Shown: positions 26,843-36,692 of the stretch, one piece after another
How positions within the stretch are numbered: position 1 is the first letter of the stretch
Layout of the letters: each line of letters begins with the position of its first letter
Origin: Candidatus Fermentimicrarchaeum limneticum
GTDB taxonomy: Archaea > Micrarchaeota > Micrarchaeia > Burarchaeales > Fermentimicrarchaeaceae
Length of the DNA: 64,000 nt
NCBI GenBank assembly: GCA_013426015.1
Contig: CP058998.1
Coordinates: forward strand, 1,050,758 to 1,114,757
Direction: 5' to 3'
Notes under the pieces: generated by a model
Seen by the model: only the letters and a program-made list of their open reading frames with translations
Database searches by the model: none
Told to the model about the DNA's origin: nothing
Translations under genes and position numbers: made by a program

Positions 26843-27700
26843 TTACGTGTGCGCCACAGGCCTCCTGGACTTTATGAATTCTATAAGCGCGACCTGGCAG
26901 AAGATGCAGAAGCCCACCAGACCAATGATGAAACCTTCATTCACGGATATCCCCCCAAATGTCGACAGCACCACCAGTAACGTTATACCTAAGCTTGGGA
27001 CGGCAACAGAGATTATAATGAAGAGCAGCACCCACAGGTTAAGCTCGTAGGTGTATGACTTTATCTGGGAGTACTGGTACTGCTGCAAATTCTTTATGAC
27101 GCTCTTAAGGGCAGCCTGCAGGCTTGCTCCTGACCTGAAGGCAGTGAGCATCTGCCGTATCGTCCTTCTCAGGAACTCGGATTCCGTTCTTAGCGCCATC
27201 TTCTCCAATGCAATTTCTTGCATTTCCCCTGCGTTTATATCCTGTACTGTCCGGCGGAACTCCTTTGAGATTGTGCCATAGCCTGCCTTTGATATGTTCA
27301 CCATTGCATCGAATAGAGGAACTCCGGAGCTTATCTGCAGCAGCAAATCCTTCAGGGCGTATACCAGATCCCTGTCCACATCCTCCACTATCTTCCTTGC
27401 AAGGACGCGCGGGTAGTACATGAAGAAGGATAGGAATACGAAGAAAACCAGCAATGCCGAGAAAAACAGCCACTTGATCTCGGTTATAAAATCACGCATC
27501 TTTCCCAGGGATGAGAATGCGGTGCTGATCTGCTCGGAGGTTATGTTCCCCCTCGCATAGCTGAGGATGAAGAGCAGGACGAATATTGCAAGAGCCCAGA
27601 AAACCGCATTTAAAATCGAGACTGATATGTACTCTCCCTTGTCAACATCGCTCCCAACCATCTTCAAGTCGTATTCCAGACCAGGGACGACATAGCTCAT
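26843..27700 (-). CDS. Second T2SSF-family membrane protein (TadB/FlaJ-like)
   Basis: It has three or more TM segments and a cytoplasmic helical domain (LKDLLLQISSGVPLFDAMVNISKAG). It is paired with the preceding T2SSF protein and FlaI-like ATPase on the same strand. Confidence 0.5.
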   Translation of the reverse strand: MSYVVPGLEYDLKMVGSDVDKGEYISVSILNAVFWALAIFVLLFILSYARGNITSEQISTAFSSLGKMRDFITEIKWLFFSALLVFFVFLSFFMYYPRVLARKIVEDVDRDLVYALKDLLLQISSGVPLFDAMVNISKAGYGTISKEFRRTVQDINAGEMQEIALEKMALRTESEFLRRTIRQMLTAFRSGASLQAALKSVIKNLQQYQYSQIKSYTYELNLWVLLFIIISVAVPSLGITLLVVLSTFGGISVNEGFIIGLVGFCIFCQVALIEFIKSRRPVAHT

Positions 27701-27788
27701 CTTGTTGCCTACCCCAGTAAAAGCTCTCCCAAAGCCTTTGGCAATCCTTTTCGGAATTATGAAGAAGAGAATCCTTATGCGAACACCC

Positions 27789-29552
27789 TCACAAAACTTT
27801 GTCTAAGGGAAGATTCTTCTCAGCAGCGCTCAGCACAACTTCTGGAGTTTTGTAATAAATCCCGACAACTCCTCCGACATCATCAACGCTCCTTATACCG
27901 TTCTTGCTCATCCAATCCAGAATCTTCATCTTATCACTAATATCCTTCGTTATCTCATCCTGGTTCATGCCGGTGTGCAGGTTCAAATCCTCAAGAACCC
28001 TCGTGCTCTCGTTCACCTTCTCGAATACGTCTGTCCTGGCCTTCCATTTGAACAAGGGATTGATGCTGACCGCCTCGACCGGCGATACCACCAGCTCGCT
28101 AATCTCATAAACCCTCCTTATCTCCTTCCTCCTGTCCCTGTATTGAACAACTATGAGCTGCAGCGTCTCCAGCTCGGTCATGGGCAGCTCTATTGGAGGA
28201 TGAGTCAGCCTCCTCAGCACCTGGGAAGCAGTATCTGCATGCATTGTTGAACAAACGGCATGGCCAGTGTGCATTGCCTCAAACAGGACTTCAGCCTCCC
28301 TTCTCCTCCTTATCTCTCCAACAACTATCCTGTCAGGTCTCATTCTCAGCGAAGCAAGCATGAGGTCAAGCATCCTGACAGCACCCTTCCCCTCTGGGTT
28401 TGCATTCCTCGTGGTCAGAGGCACCCAGTTCCATCTAAGATACTTGGGAAGGGACAGCTCTCTCGTATCCTCAATTGTAATCGTCCTGTTACTTGGCGGT
28501 ATAAGCGCGCACAGCGTGTTCAGGGTGCTCGTCTTACCGGAAGCAGTTCCACCAACTATGAGCGTGTTTATCTCGTACTGCATGCACAGCCACAGGAAGG
28601 CAGCCATCTCATTGGAAAGGGTGTTCATCTTCTGGCCAACAAAGTCAACAAGCGTCCAGGGGTTTCTTGAGAATCTCCTTATGGTTATCGTATTGCCGGA
28701 GCTTGAGACCGGAAATAAGGTTGCGTTTGCCCTGTCGCCCGTAGGCAGGTGCGCATCCAGTATGGGGGCGAGCAGACTTATCTCCCTCCCAGCCTTTCTC
28801 CCGATCTGTGCGGCATAGTTGTATATCTCCTCCTCGCTCTCCAATCTTAGGTTGGTCTTCATCCAGCCGAACTTCCTGTGATAAACAGATATGGGCTCTG
28901 AGGAGCCGTTGACTGCAACCTCCTCAAGCCAGTCGTCAGCCATGAGCATCTCAATGTCGCCAAGCCCGTACATCCTGTGCAGAAGAATTCCCGCAAGCAC
29001 CCTCCTCTTTCCCTCCTCAAGGGATGGTAGCTCCTCTGAAAGTTTGCTGAAAGCCGCGTTGTAGAACTTGTCCCTCACATCGGCAAACTTCCTCACGTCG
29101 CTTATCTCCTCGCTCTGAACGGTTATGACTCTCGCAAGCTCATCCCTCAGGTAATCCATGAAAACCTTGGTATACGGGCCGAGCTTCGGGGGGGATATCA
29201 AGTAGAGAGGCCTGCTCTCGCCCTTGATATCCATGATGTGGATGTTTGATGGAACGTAGTTAACCTCAATCTTGTAGCTTTCAACCACTTTTCCGGTTGC
29301 AGGTGCCTTGCTCTCATCAACAAGCTTGTTCTTCAGCTTCAGCTGCACTTTCTGCAGGATGTTTACAGGGTACATCACCTCAAGGATTCCCATGTCCTGC
29401 ATTATCTTGCCCAGTCGCTCGAGGCGGTTATGGTCAATGCCGAACCTGCTTGCAACTGCAGGCAGCTCTGCAGCCTGGTCCTTCTCAGAAGCCAGCGCCT
29501 CGCATATCTCGTCAAGTTTTGTCAAAATTACCTCAGAAGTTACTTCTGCCAT
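27789..29552 (-). CDS. FlaI/ArlI / VirB11 / PilB-family type IV pilus/secretion ATPase
   Basis: It has Walker A GGTASGKTSTLNTL and Asp/His boxes (ITIEDTRELSL, RPDRIVVGEIR). It is 587 aa with a long N-terminal domain. The annotated start may be an over-extension because a tnpB element ends 50 nt upstream. Confidence 0.7.
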   Translation of the reverse strand: MAEVTSEVILTKLDEICEALASEKDQAAELPAVASRFGIDHNRLERLGKIMQDMGILEVMYPVNILQKVQLKLKNKLVDESKAPATGKVVESYKIEVNYVPSNIHIMDIKGESRPLYLISPPKLGPYTKVFMDYLRDELARVITVQSEEISDVRKFADVRDKFYNAAFSKLSEELPSLEEGKRRVLAGILLHRMYGLGDIEMLMADDWLEEVAVNGSSEPISVYHRKFGWMKTNLRLESEEEIYNYAAQIGRKAGREISLLAPILDAHLPTGDRANATLFPVSSSGNTITIRRFSRNPWTLVDFVGQKMNTLSNEMAAFLWLCMQYEINTLIVGGTASGKTSTLNTLCALIPPSNRTITIEDTRELSLPKYLRWNWVPLTTRNANPEGKGAVRMLDLMLASLRMRPDRIVVGEIRRRREAEVLFEAMHTGHAVCSTMHADTASQVLRRLTHPPIELPMTELETLQLIVVQYRDRRKEIRRVYEISELVVSPVEAVSINPLFKWKARTDVFEKVNESTRVLEDLNLHTGMNQDEITKDISDKMKILDWMSKNGIRSVDDVGGVVGIYYKTPEVVLSAAEKNLPLDKVL

Positions 29553-29602
29553 GTTAAGAATTTTCCTTACTTAATATAAAAAGCTATTGTCTGCCCCTGC
29601 AT

Positions 29603-30766
29603 TTACTGTTTGTATAGTGACATGCTCCCACCTTGAAAGACGTGGGCTTCTTCTTTCATAGATGTTGCTACTGCAACATTTCCAGAAGCGTTACTTCCCC
29701 CTTGCCCAGGGGTAGCTCTTATGAGTATGTTAAGTGCGGAGTTCAAATCCCTATCTGTTGATAATCCACAATTGGGACAGTCGTATACCCTATTCCATAG
29801 AGTCAAACCATCTCTCATATTTCCGCACCTGCTGCACATCTTTGAAGTATCTCTCGGGTCTACAAACACCACTCTGCATCCAGCTCCTTCCGCCTTGTAT
29901 GCAAGCATGTTTGCAAACATATTCCACCCCGCATCGTTTATTTGCTTTCCGTAATTCTCTTCTGACATTTCTTTCGTGGCAAGCTCCTCCAGTGCAATGA
30001 TGGAATAATCATTTACCACTTGAGTTGAAATCTTGTGCAGGAAGTCTCTCCTGCAATCTGAAATTTTTTCATGCAGTTTAGCAACTCTTACCTTTGCTCT
30101 CTTCCTGCTGGTGCTGCCTTTCTTCTTCCTTGAGAACTTTCTTTGTATAAAGGCAAGTCTGTCTTCGTATTTCTTGAAATGTCTTGGGTTGTTTATTCTC
30201 ATACCGTTTGACAAGGTTGCAAATGTTTTTAGCCCCAAGTCAATTCCAACTGCCTCCCCCTTATTTTCTATTGGAATCTCTTCAGGTGTCTCAACACAGA
30301 AAATGGCAAACCACCTCCCAGATGATTCCCTTTTCAGAGTCAGGGTCTTGATTCTTCCAGTTATTTCTCTGTGCTTCTTTATTGCAATCTCACCAAAGGG
30401 AGTGATTTTGAGTTTCTTATCCAACCAAAACCCACATTCATATTGGGGGTAATGCAGACTCTTCATCCTGTCAAGAGACTTGAAACGCGGGAAGCCGCCT
30501 TTCTCTCCTTTTTTCTTCATCTCTATCTTCCTATGAAGGGCATCAACCAATCTATCAACAAGTTCTTGCCCTACCTGTGAAAACAAGCCGCTATCTTTAA
30601 CCAACTCTCTTAATGTTCTCTTTGTTGGGAATTTTCTATAGTTGTTATAAATCTCCTTTGTAAAAGAAAGCATTTCATTCCAGAGTTCCTTGGATACCCA
30701 CAAGTGCTTTTGCATTTCCTTTTCCTGTTTTTTGGAAGGGTAGATTCTGAATTTATAAGCTCTCAT
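29603..30766 (-). CDS. tnpB: IS200/IS605-family TnpB (OrfB, RNA-guided RuvC-like nuclease)
   Basis: It is 387 aa with the RuvC-I motif VGIDLGLKTFATLSNG and a C-terminal zinc finger CSRCGN...DCPNCG (...DTSKMCSRCG). The N-terminus MRAYKFRIYPSKKQ is typical of TnpB. Confidence 0.8.
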   Translation of the reverse strand: MRAYKFRIYPSKKQEKEMQKHLWVSKELWNEMLSFTKEIYNNYRKFPTKRTLRELVKDSGLFSQVGQELVDRLVDALHRKIEMKKKGEKGGFPRFKSLDRMKSLHYPQYECGFWLDKKLKITPFGEIAIKKHREITGRIKTLTLKRESSGRWFAIFCVETPEEIPIENKGEAVGIDLGLKTFATLSNGMRINNPRHFKKYEDRLAFIQRKFSRKKKGSTSRKRAKVRVAKLHEKISDCRRDFLHKISTQVVNDYSIIALEELATKEMSEENYGKQINDAGWNMFANMLAYKAEGAGCRVVFVDPRDTSKMCSRCGNMRDGLTLWNRVYDCPNCGLSTDRDLNSALNILIRATPGQGGSNASGNVAVATSMKEEAHVFQGGSMSLYKQ

Positions 30767-30834
30767 AGACGTTATTTACGTTTGTTTTTGCCTTTATAAA
30801 CGTCGTGGAGGGGGGTAACTTTCCAGTGAAAGAC
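29603..30834 (-). mobile_element. IS1341-like (tnpB-only) IS200/IS605-family element; boundaries are approximate
   Basis: The tnpB gene is combined with a conserved 5'-flanking element (TATA-like ctttataaac, then GGGGTAACTTTCCAGTGAAAG at 30794..30834) that is also found 5' of the second tnpB. The right end or omega-RNA region is not delimited. Confidence 0.45.
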
Positions 30835-31024
30835 TGAGATAACATATATTCTCTTTGTATAGCTCGCTTTCATCCCACCTCTGAAGAGCGTGGGGTTTCT
30901 CGCTCACTTCTGCTAATTTCCCTCCAGAAACCATAAGCTTTAAAAACAAAAGCAGCTCAAATTCCACCTAGCGACCAGTGAAAAAGATGAAATAATTAGC
31001 GCAGCTGGTCCCGTAGGGACAGGA

Positions 31025-33001
31025 ATGGCCAGCGTTTGCAGAAAAGACAGTCCTGTTTTTCGCTTTCTTAGCTCTGCAAAGACTCCACTCCTTAATACGA
31101 AAATTGAAGAAATCTTGAAGGTTTTTACCATTCTCTTATTGTTGGAAGGAGTCGCCAGAGGAGCGCCTACCTACTCTGACAATTCCACAAACTCAACGCT
31201 TGCAGGAACTCCTGTGGAGCATAGGCTGAACTGGCAGGACGCGGTCGGGCTGAGCGGCTACATCTTCAGTTTTTACAATGGTTCAAACACAACCATAGGG
31301 TGTATCGGGACACTTGATTGCTCAATATATGAAACGGCAGGAACTTGCAGCAACTGCTCACAGTGTGAATGGGCTGTTGGAGAATCCACACCAACTGTGA
31401 TTTTATATGAAGACTTTGACCAAGCAGGCAACGGAGCAGACGAGTGGGGTATGACAGATTGGACGGAAGTGACAAGCACTACAACTTGCGTAAATGATGC
31501 CAATGACGACTGCATACGTTCAAACACCAACGACAACCCAGTATATTACAGTAGCGATATAAACGTGAGTGCTTGTGATGCAGGAACGCTTTGGGTTTCT
31601 GGATGGACTTATGATTATGCGTGTGATAGCGGGGAGGATTTGAGCCTTGGGGTATCAGCCAACTCTGGTAGTAATTGGAACTGGCAGGTTGTAGACTTGG
31701 GTTCAGGAGCAACAGGTTCGGGAACTTTTAATGTCACTTTGGGTGATACTAATATATCTTCAACTTTCAGGATAGGCTTTGACACAATCAGTGTGGATAG
31801 CGGAGAGTATTTTGACGCAGATAATGTGAGAATCGGTTGTGTTGCTGAAGGAGAAAGTATATGCTTAGAAATAGGGGGTGGTGTATGTTCTGCCTGCGAT
31901 ATTGGCGAGTGCAACACCAACTGCTCGGATGCGGGGTGTTCATTGGATACAATTGAATTGGTGAATGATACTTGGGTCGCCTTCACCTCTGGGATGTGCG
32001 AAACTCCGTATGCCGATTGCTGGAGTAACGTGACAAAACTGGTAAATTCAACTATCGGAGCAACGATAAAGTGGTGCGTGTACGCTAACGACACCTCAAA
32101 CAACTGGAATTCAGTGTCCTGCAACACGCCTTTCGAGTACATAACAACATCCGCAAAGAGGCTGTTGGTAGACTGGCATACAGCATCTGTAGTTAATTCA
32201 ACAGTCTGCACCTCTGAAATCCCCTGCCAGTACAACCATTACCAGAATTTCACAGCAAATGCAACTGTCCAATGTTCGACAATTCCAGCAAGTCTGTCCT
32301 GCGGCTCTGTTAGCGGAGGCATCAGATACAACAACAGTGGGACTACACCAGACACCCTCATAAGCACAACACCAGGTGCAACTCCGTTCTTTACAGATAC
32401 TAACCCCCGCTCATGTGGCTCCCTCTCCGATACTGATTCATGCACATTGAACTGGGTTGTAAATGCTTCTGGGACAGGACCGGATACGAGGACCATCGAC
32501 ATTAACTTCACTTCTGACCAGCCTGACACCTCGCAAAACGATACTGCTGATGCATACATAACCATACCCGAACAAATAGTAGGTTTCACAATAACCCTAC
32601 CGGGACAGAATCCAGTTTATGCGGAGGAAGGAGGGAATGCCACCGTTGATATAGAGTTCAATCTAACTGACGGAAATACTGCTAGCAATGTAATTCCGTG
32701 CCTTGCTGGGACTGCAACGTGCCAAGATCCATCTCCCATTTTCAGATTCGATAACACCGGAACTGCGACTTTGAGTTGGTATATATACCTTGACAGCAAC
32801 CTTCCGGCAAGCATGACTCTGAAAGGAAATACAACCAACAACCCAGTAGGGGCCGCAACGATAACGTCAAGCGGCTGGCTGGTTGCAAGCTCCATCGCCC
32901 CAAGCGGCTCTCAGAATGCCTGGCTGTGGACGGATTTTTCAGGTGCCAGCGTGAGCGATGCAACAAACAAGAACTTGGTATCCAACACAACATCATCGTG
33001 A
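31025..33001 (+). CDS. Large secreted Cys-containing surface protein; start uncertain
   Basis: It has an N-terminal hydrophobic segment ILKVFTILLLLEGVARG and many N-x-S/T sequons. The C-terminal ~130 aa are paralogous to the 33103..33648 protein. Confidence 0.45.
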   Translation: MASVCRKDSPVFRFLSSAKTPLLNTKIEEILKVFTILLLLEGVARGAPTYSDNSTNSTLAGTPVEHRLNWQDAVGLSGYIFSFYNGSNTTIGCIGTLDCSIYETAGTCSNCSQCEWAVGESTPTVILYEDFDQAGNGADEWGMTDWTEVTSTTTCVNDANDDCIRSNTNDNPVYYSSDINVSACDAGTLWVSGWTYDYACDSGEDLSLGVSANSGSNWNWQVVDLGSGATGSGTFNVTLGDTNISSTFRIGFDTISVDSGEYFDADNVRIGCVAEGESICLEIGGGVCSACDIGECNTNCSDAGCSLDTIELVNDTWVAFTSGMCETPYADCWSNVTKLVNSTIGATIKWCVYANDTSNNWNSVSCNTPFEYITTSAKRLLVDWHTASVVNSTVCTSEIPCQYNHYQNFTANATVQCSTIPASLSCGSVSGGIRYNNSGTTPDTLISTTPGATPFFTDTNPRSCGSLSDTDSCTLNWVVNASGTGPDTRTIDINFTSDQPDTSQNDTADAYITIPEQIVGFTITLPGQNPVYAEEGGNATVDIEFNLTDGNTASNVIPCLAGTATCQDPSPIFRFDNTGTATLSWYIYLDSNLPASMTLKGNTTNNPVGAATITSSGWLVASSIAPSGSQNAWLWTDFSGASVSDATNKNLVSNTTSS

Positions 33002-33102
33002 TGGTATGAAAAGGAAAATCGAAATTCATGCTGAGAACGGGGAAACCCGTCTCAATTGTATAATATTTAAACGCCACAGGTCGGCGTCCGTGAGGTGGTA
33101 AA

Positions 33103-33648
33103 ATGGACCAATGGAAAAGAACCCTGCTGACAGCTACAGTGCTGATAGCGCTGGCTTCAGTAGTATATGCAGTCAAGTACACGACAACACTGACTTACTT
33201 CAACATTGCGACAGTGGAGTCCTTCACAGTGACTCTGCCGGGACAAGGTGCGGTTACAGCAACAACAGGTGGAGCATCAACTACCAACATAGAGTTCAAC
33301 TCTACTGATGGGACAGACAACTGCGTAGACCCATGCATTGCAAGCTCAGTCACATGCCAGGAGGCTGGTACGGCGATATTCGTGATAAGCAACACCGGTA
33401 CAGTAGCTTTGGATATGTCCGCGAACTTCTCGGCATCCCCGCCATCATGCGTCAAGGTTGGTGGATCCAACACTAGCAGAGCCGCAGCATGCACCGGAGC
33501 AATAATCGACACAACTCCAGTGACAATAATAGCAGACCTCGGACCAGGTTTGACTGCAAATTACTGGGAAGCAGCCAACTTCACTGCATGCACATCAGGA
33601 GACACAACCAGCAAGCTGCAGAGTGTAGGCGGAGTGCAGTCCAGCTAG
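33103..33648 (+). CDS. Small secreted protein, paralog of the C-terminal domain of 31025..33001
   Basis: It has a signal/TM segment LLTATVLIALASVVYA. FTVTLPGQGAVTATTGGASTTNIEFNSTDG aligns with FTITLPGQNPVYAEEGGNATVDIEFNLTDG of the upstream protein. Confidence 0.5.
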   Translation: MDQWKRTLLTATVLIALASVVYAVKYTTTLTYFNIATVESFTVTLPGQGAVTATTGGASTTNIEFNSTDGTDNCVDPCIASSVTCQEAGTAIFVISNTGTVALDMSANFSASPPSCVKVGGSNTSRAAACTGAIIDTTPVTIIADLGPGLTANYWEAANFTACTSGDTTSKLQSVGGVQSS

Positions 33649-33857
33649 ACAAAATACCTTCCATTTTGTTTTTTGGTAAATGAAAAAAGAGGTGGAAAGA
33701 TGCGGCAGATTGCCATCGTGCTGGAAACAGCACGGGAAGACATCGATACTCTGACCTCTGAGATAAAGACGAAGGTTGATGGGATAGGGAATGTGGAATG
33801 GGTAGGGTATCATGTCAAAAAATTGAGAAATGAAAGATTTGAAAAAAACTTTAGAAG

Positions 33858-34985
33858 GTGAGATTGATGAAAAAAGAAGAAAAAAATAAACAGACCTTCT
33901 GGTACCTACTCTTGGCGGCTGTCGTAGTAGTTGTTTTGGCTGCGGCTTTCTTTACAATGCCAAAACCAGCCCCGGGCGGAGGAGGGACTCCACAGAATCA
34001 GACTGGTGGGGAACAACCAGAGCCAAATGCCACGCACCTTGTCGAACCCAAGATATACTCCCCATACTACGAGGGGCTTGAAAGTCTGGTTGAGGCTGAG
34101 ATGAATAAGACCACTATCAATGCGACAAGAGGCAACTACCTGCCGGCCGGAATGTTCCAGGAACTCCCGTCCTTCCCCGCAGATTTGTACCAGATGCAGG
34201 TCCTCTTCAAGTACTACCAGATGGGTAAAATAAGAAATCAAACAAATCTGGACAACAAGGAACTGGGACCGGCATACTGGAAGCAGCCTGAGTGGATTCC
34301 AACATTCATCAGCAACGGCTTGAACATAATCCAGCATCCGCCAACGGACACCTACTACTACGGCTGGGCGGAGTATGAGCTCATAAGCGCGAACCAGATG
34401 AGGAATAAGAATACAGGTGAGATAACGACATTCAAACCAGGGGTCGTTGCCACAGTGCTTTCGAATAAGACAATTGAGGTAAAAGTGCCAAGAGTAGGGG
34501 TTGAGGGATATTCAGTATACCCCTCTGATATGGTCATAATAGACGCACAGCCAGACAGTATGTTTGATGTATACACCGTGCTCTACTCCGGATGGTATGT
34601 GCAACTATATCAGGGAGTTAGACTTGCACCGGCATACCCTGCCTCTGGAGCGATTGAGGACTTCCAGCTCTTCCCAGATGGAACTAAATCAGTAACCCAG
34701 ACTCCGGATGATACGGCAAAATACATCAAGGTTGAGTTCGAACCCGAGCAGTTCGTCCTAGAGCCGAGCTTCCCACTCTTCAAAAGCGAGTGGGCCAAGC
34801 TGATAAGAATGAGGGTGACAGTGAACGAGAGCACTCCCAAAGGCAAGTACATAGTCGGCATGGACATAACGTCACCATCAAAAGAGTTCAATGACGATAT
34901 GCTCTGGGAGTACAAGACGGAATACAAAGTTGGAGGGTTCGGAATAGGAAGACCGTTCTTCAGGGTCTTCATACAGGTTGTCTAA
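33858..34985 (+). CDS. N-terminally membrane-anchored extracellular hypothetical protein
   Basis: It has a single N-terminal TM (FWYLLLAAVVVVVLAAAFF) and a Pro/Gly-rich linker, and shows coding-like composition. No recognisable domain was found. Confidence 0.4.
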   Translation: MRLMKKEEKNKQTFWYLLLAAVVVVVLAAAFFTMPKPAPGGGGTPQNQTGGEQPEPNATHLVEPKIYSPYYEGLESLVEAEMNKTTINATRGNYLPAGMFQELPSFPADLYQMQVLFKYYQMGKIRNQTNLDNKELGPAYWKQPEWIPTFISNGLNIIQHPPTDTYYYGWAEYELISANQMRNKNTGEITTFKPGVVATVLSNKTIEVKVPRVGVEGYSVYPSDMVIIDAQPDSMFDVYTVLYSGWYVQLYQGVRLAPAYPASGAIEDFQLFPDGTKSVTQTPDDTAKYIKVEFEPEQFVLEPSFPLFKSEWAKLIRMRVTVNESTPKGKYIVGMDITSPSKEFNDDMLWEYKTEYKVGGFGIGRPFFRVFIQVV

Positions 34986-34997
34986 AAAGATGAGTGC

Positions 34998-36683
34998 ATG
35001 AAAATGGGGATTGAAAAACCAATCCTCCTTTCTTTCTTTTTGTTACTTTTGGCCACACCCATATCCGCAGAGGAAACCCGCACAACAACGCAGACATACC
35101 TCTTCATCGGGGAGGCGAAAGTTGAGGTGCGTGACCTTTCTCTGAGTTCCTACTCAGTCTACAAAGGCGCTTCGGTGGACTTCTCTGTCACGTTGAGAAA
35201 CTTCGGAACTGCATCAACAACGGCAACTGCAGAGGTTAAAATATACGATGCAGCGAACACCACGGTCGGAACAATATCCTACGATCCAGTGACCCTGGTT
35301 CCCGGACAGATAGTGACAATCCAGAAGACGTGGAGCGTGGGCTCTCTTCCGCTCGGCACATATCGAGCAGTTGCGCAGGCAAGCTATGAATCCAACCTCA
35401 CCAACACTTTTGAAAGGACCTTTTCAATAGTGCGGATTCCTTCACAGCCAAACCAGCCAACAGGGCAACTGTTCCCAGTAGTGCTCCCACCGGTGATAAC
35501 CCCTGTCGAGGGGAAAGCAGTCTTCCTCAAAACGACAGTCCTCAAAGAGCTTCTGGCGGGCGGGGGGGATGCCGATAGCATTTCACTCAAGAACATCGGT
35601 GAACAGATATTGAACATCACCTTCAGTTTTGAGGGAATACCCCAGGAATGGGTGACACTGCCTTCACATACAACTCTGCTGCTGCCGGATGAAACACGGA
35701 TTCTCAACTTTGGGCTTTCAATACCACTGGATACGCTTGCAGGAGACTATCTACTGAAGCTCAATGCTAATGGCGGAGCAAACTCAACGGATTTCCTGGC
35801 TTTGAGAGTCAGGAATTATCCTGAGGATTATGACAAGCCGATTGCTTTGAAGACAATAAGGATTGACGAGAAAGAGAGGAAGACCCTTGTCTCAATAGAC
35901 GTCAAGAACCCCTCTCAGAACACTATGGAAGTGCTCCAGGTTCAGGAGAGAATACCTGCGCTGGTGAGCGATGAGCAGATTGAGTTCGTAGACAAGCAGG
36001 GTAAAATAGTTCAATTGAACGGAGCGAAGATGATAGTATGGGAGCTGTCGGACGTCCAGCCAAGAGAGTCATTCCACATCTCCTATAATATAAAAGATTT
36101 CATCACAGACTACGCAACATACATGAATTGGCATATCTCACAGATTCTAGTCACTCAGAAAAGTACCACCGCGGATTTGGTTAAGATACTTGACATCACG
36201 TCATCAGGAATAAACGAGACGGGCTACGGCGAGGTTACTGCATCCCTGCTGTACGTTGGAATGAATCCAATACAGGTAACCCTGCTTCTAGAAGCCCCTC
36301 CGGAGTTAAATGTAGAGCCCGCAACACTCACAAAAACTCTCATCCCAAAAGGAGTTGTCTCAGCGACATTCAAGCTTAGCGCTCAAAAAGTAACGCAGGA
36401 CACCCATATGGTGAGACTGGTGGTGATTGGGAGTGATTTTACTACGTACATGGCAACGCCAGTCCTAGTCAAGAGGCAGGTATCGCCCCCGTCGTTCTCT
36501 CTGCTCTCGATACTAAGCCTAGACCAGATTGTTATCATCTCATCCTTGGTTGCATCTGCGGTAACGATATCGATAATATCATATAAGAGAATAAAGAGAG
36601 GGCACCCACCCGAGTACAGCCCCGAAAGGCTTAACTATCTCAAGAGTATTAAAGGAATGATGGTGAGCAAACCTAAAAAATGA
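34998..36683 (+). CDS. Secreted surface protein with signal peptide and C-terminal TM anchor (S-layer/cell-surface-like)
   Basis: It has the signal peptide MKMGIEKPILLSFFLLLLATPISA and a C-terminal TM (IVIISSLVASAVTISIISY) followed by KRIKRG. A beta-rich repeat-like middle fits archaeal surface proteins. Confidence 0.45.
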   Translation: MKMGIEKPILLSFFLLLLATPISAEETRTTTQTYLFIGEAKVEVRDLSLSSYSVYKGASVDFSVTLRNFGTASTTATAEVKIYDAANTTVGTISYDPVTLVPGQIVTIQKTWSVGSLPLGTYRAVAQASYESNLTNTFERTFSIVRIPSQPNQPTGQLFPVVLPPVITPVEGKAVFLKTTVLKELLAGGGDADSISLKNIGEQILNITFSFEGIPQEWVTLPSHTTLLLPDETRILNFGLSIPLDTLAGDYLLKLNANGGANSTDFLALRVRNYPEDYDKPIALKTIRIDEKERKTLVSIDVKNPSQNTMEVLQVQERIPALVSDEQIEFVDKQGKIVQLNGAKMIVWELSDVQPRESFHISYNIKDFITDYATYMNWHISQILVTQKSTTADLVKILDITSSGINETGYGEVTASLLYVGMNPIQVTLLLEAPPELNVEPATLTKTLIPKGVVSATFKLSAQKVTQDTHMVRLVVIGSDFTTYMATPVLVKRQVSPPSFSLLSILSLDQIVIISSLVASAVTISIISYKRIKRGHPPEYSPERLNYLKSIKGMMVSKPKK

Positions 36684-36692
36684 GGCAGTTGT

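Noticed and set aside
26302-27050. Plus-strand ORFs (26334..26750, 26769..27050, 27051..27281) between and inside the T2SSF genes.
   Set aside because: They are shadow ORFs antisense to well-supported membrane-protein genes, or lie in the intergenic region containing the IS-flank repeat. Their composition is low-complexity and non-protein-like.
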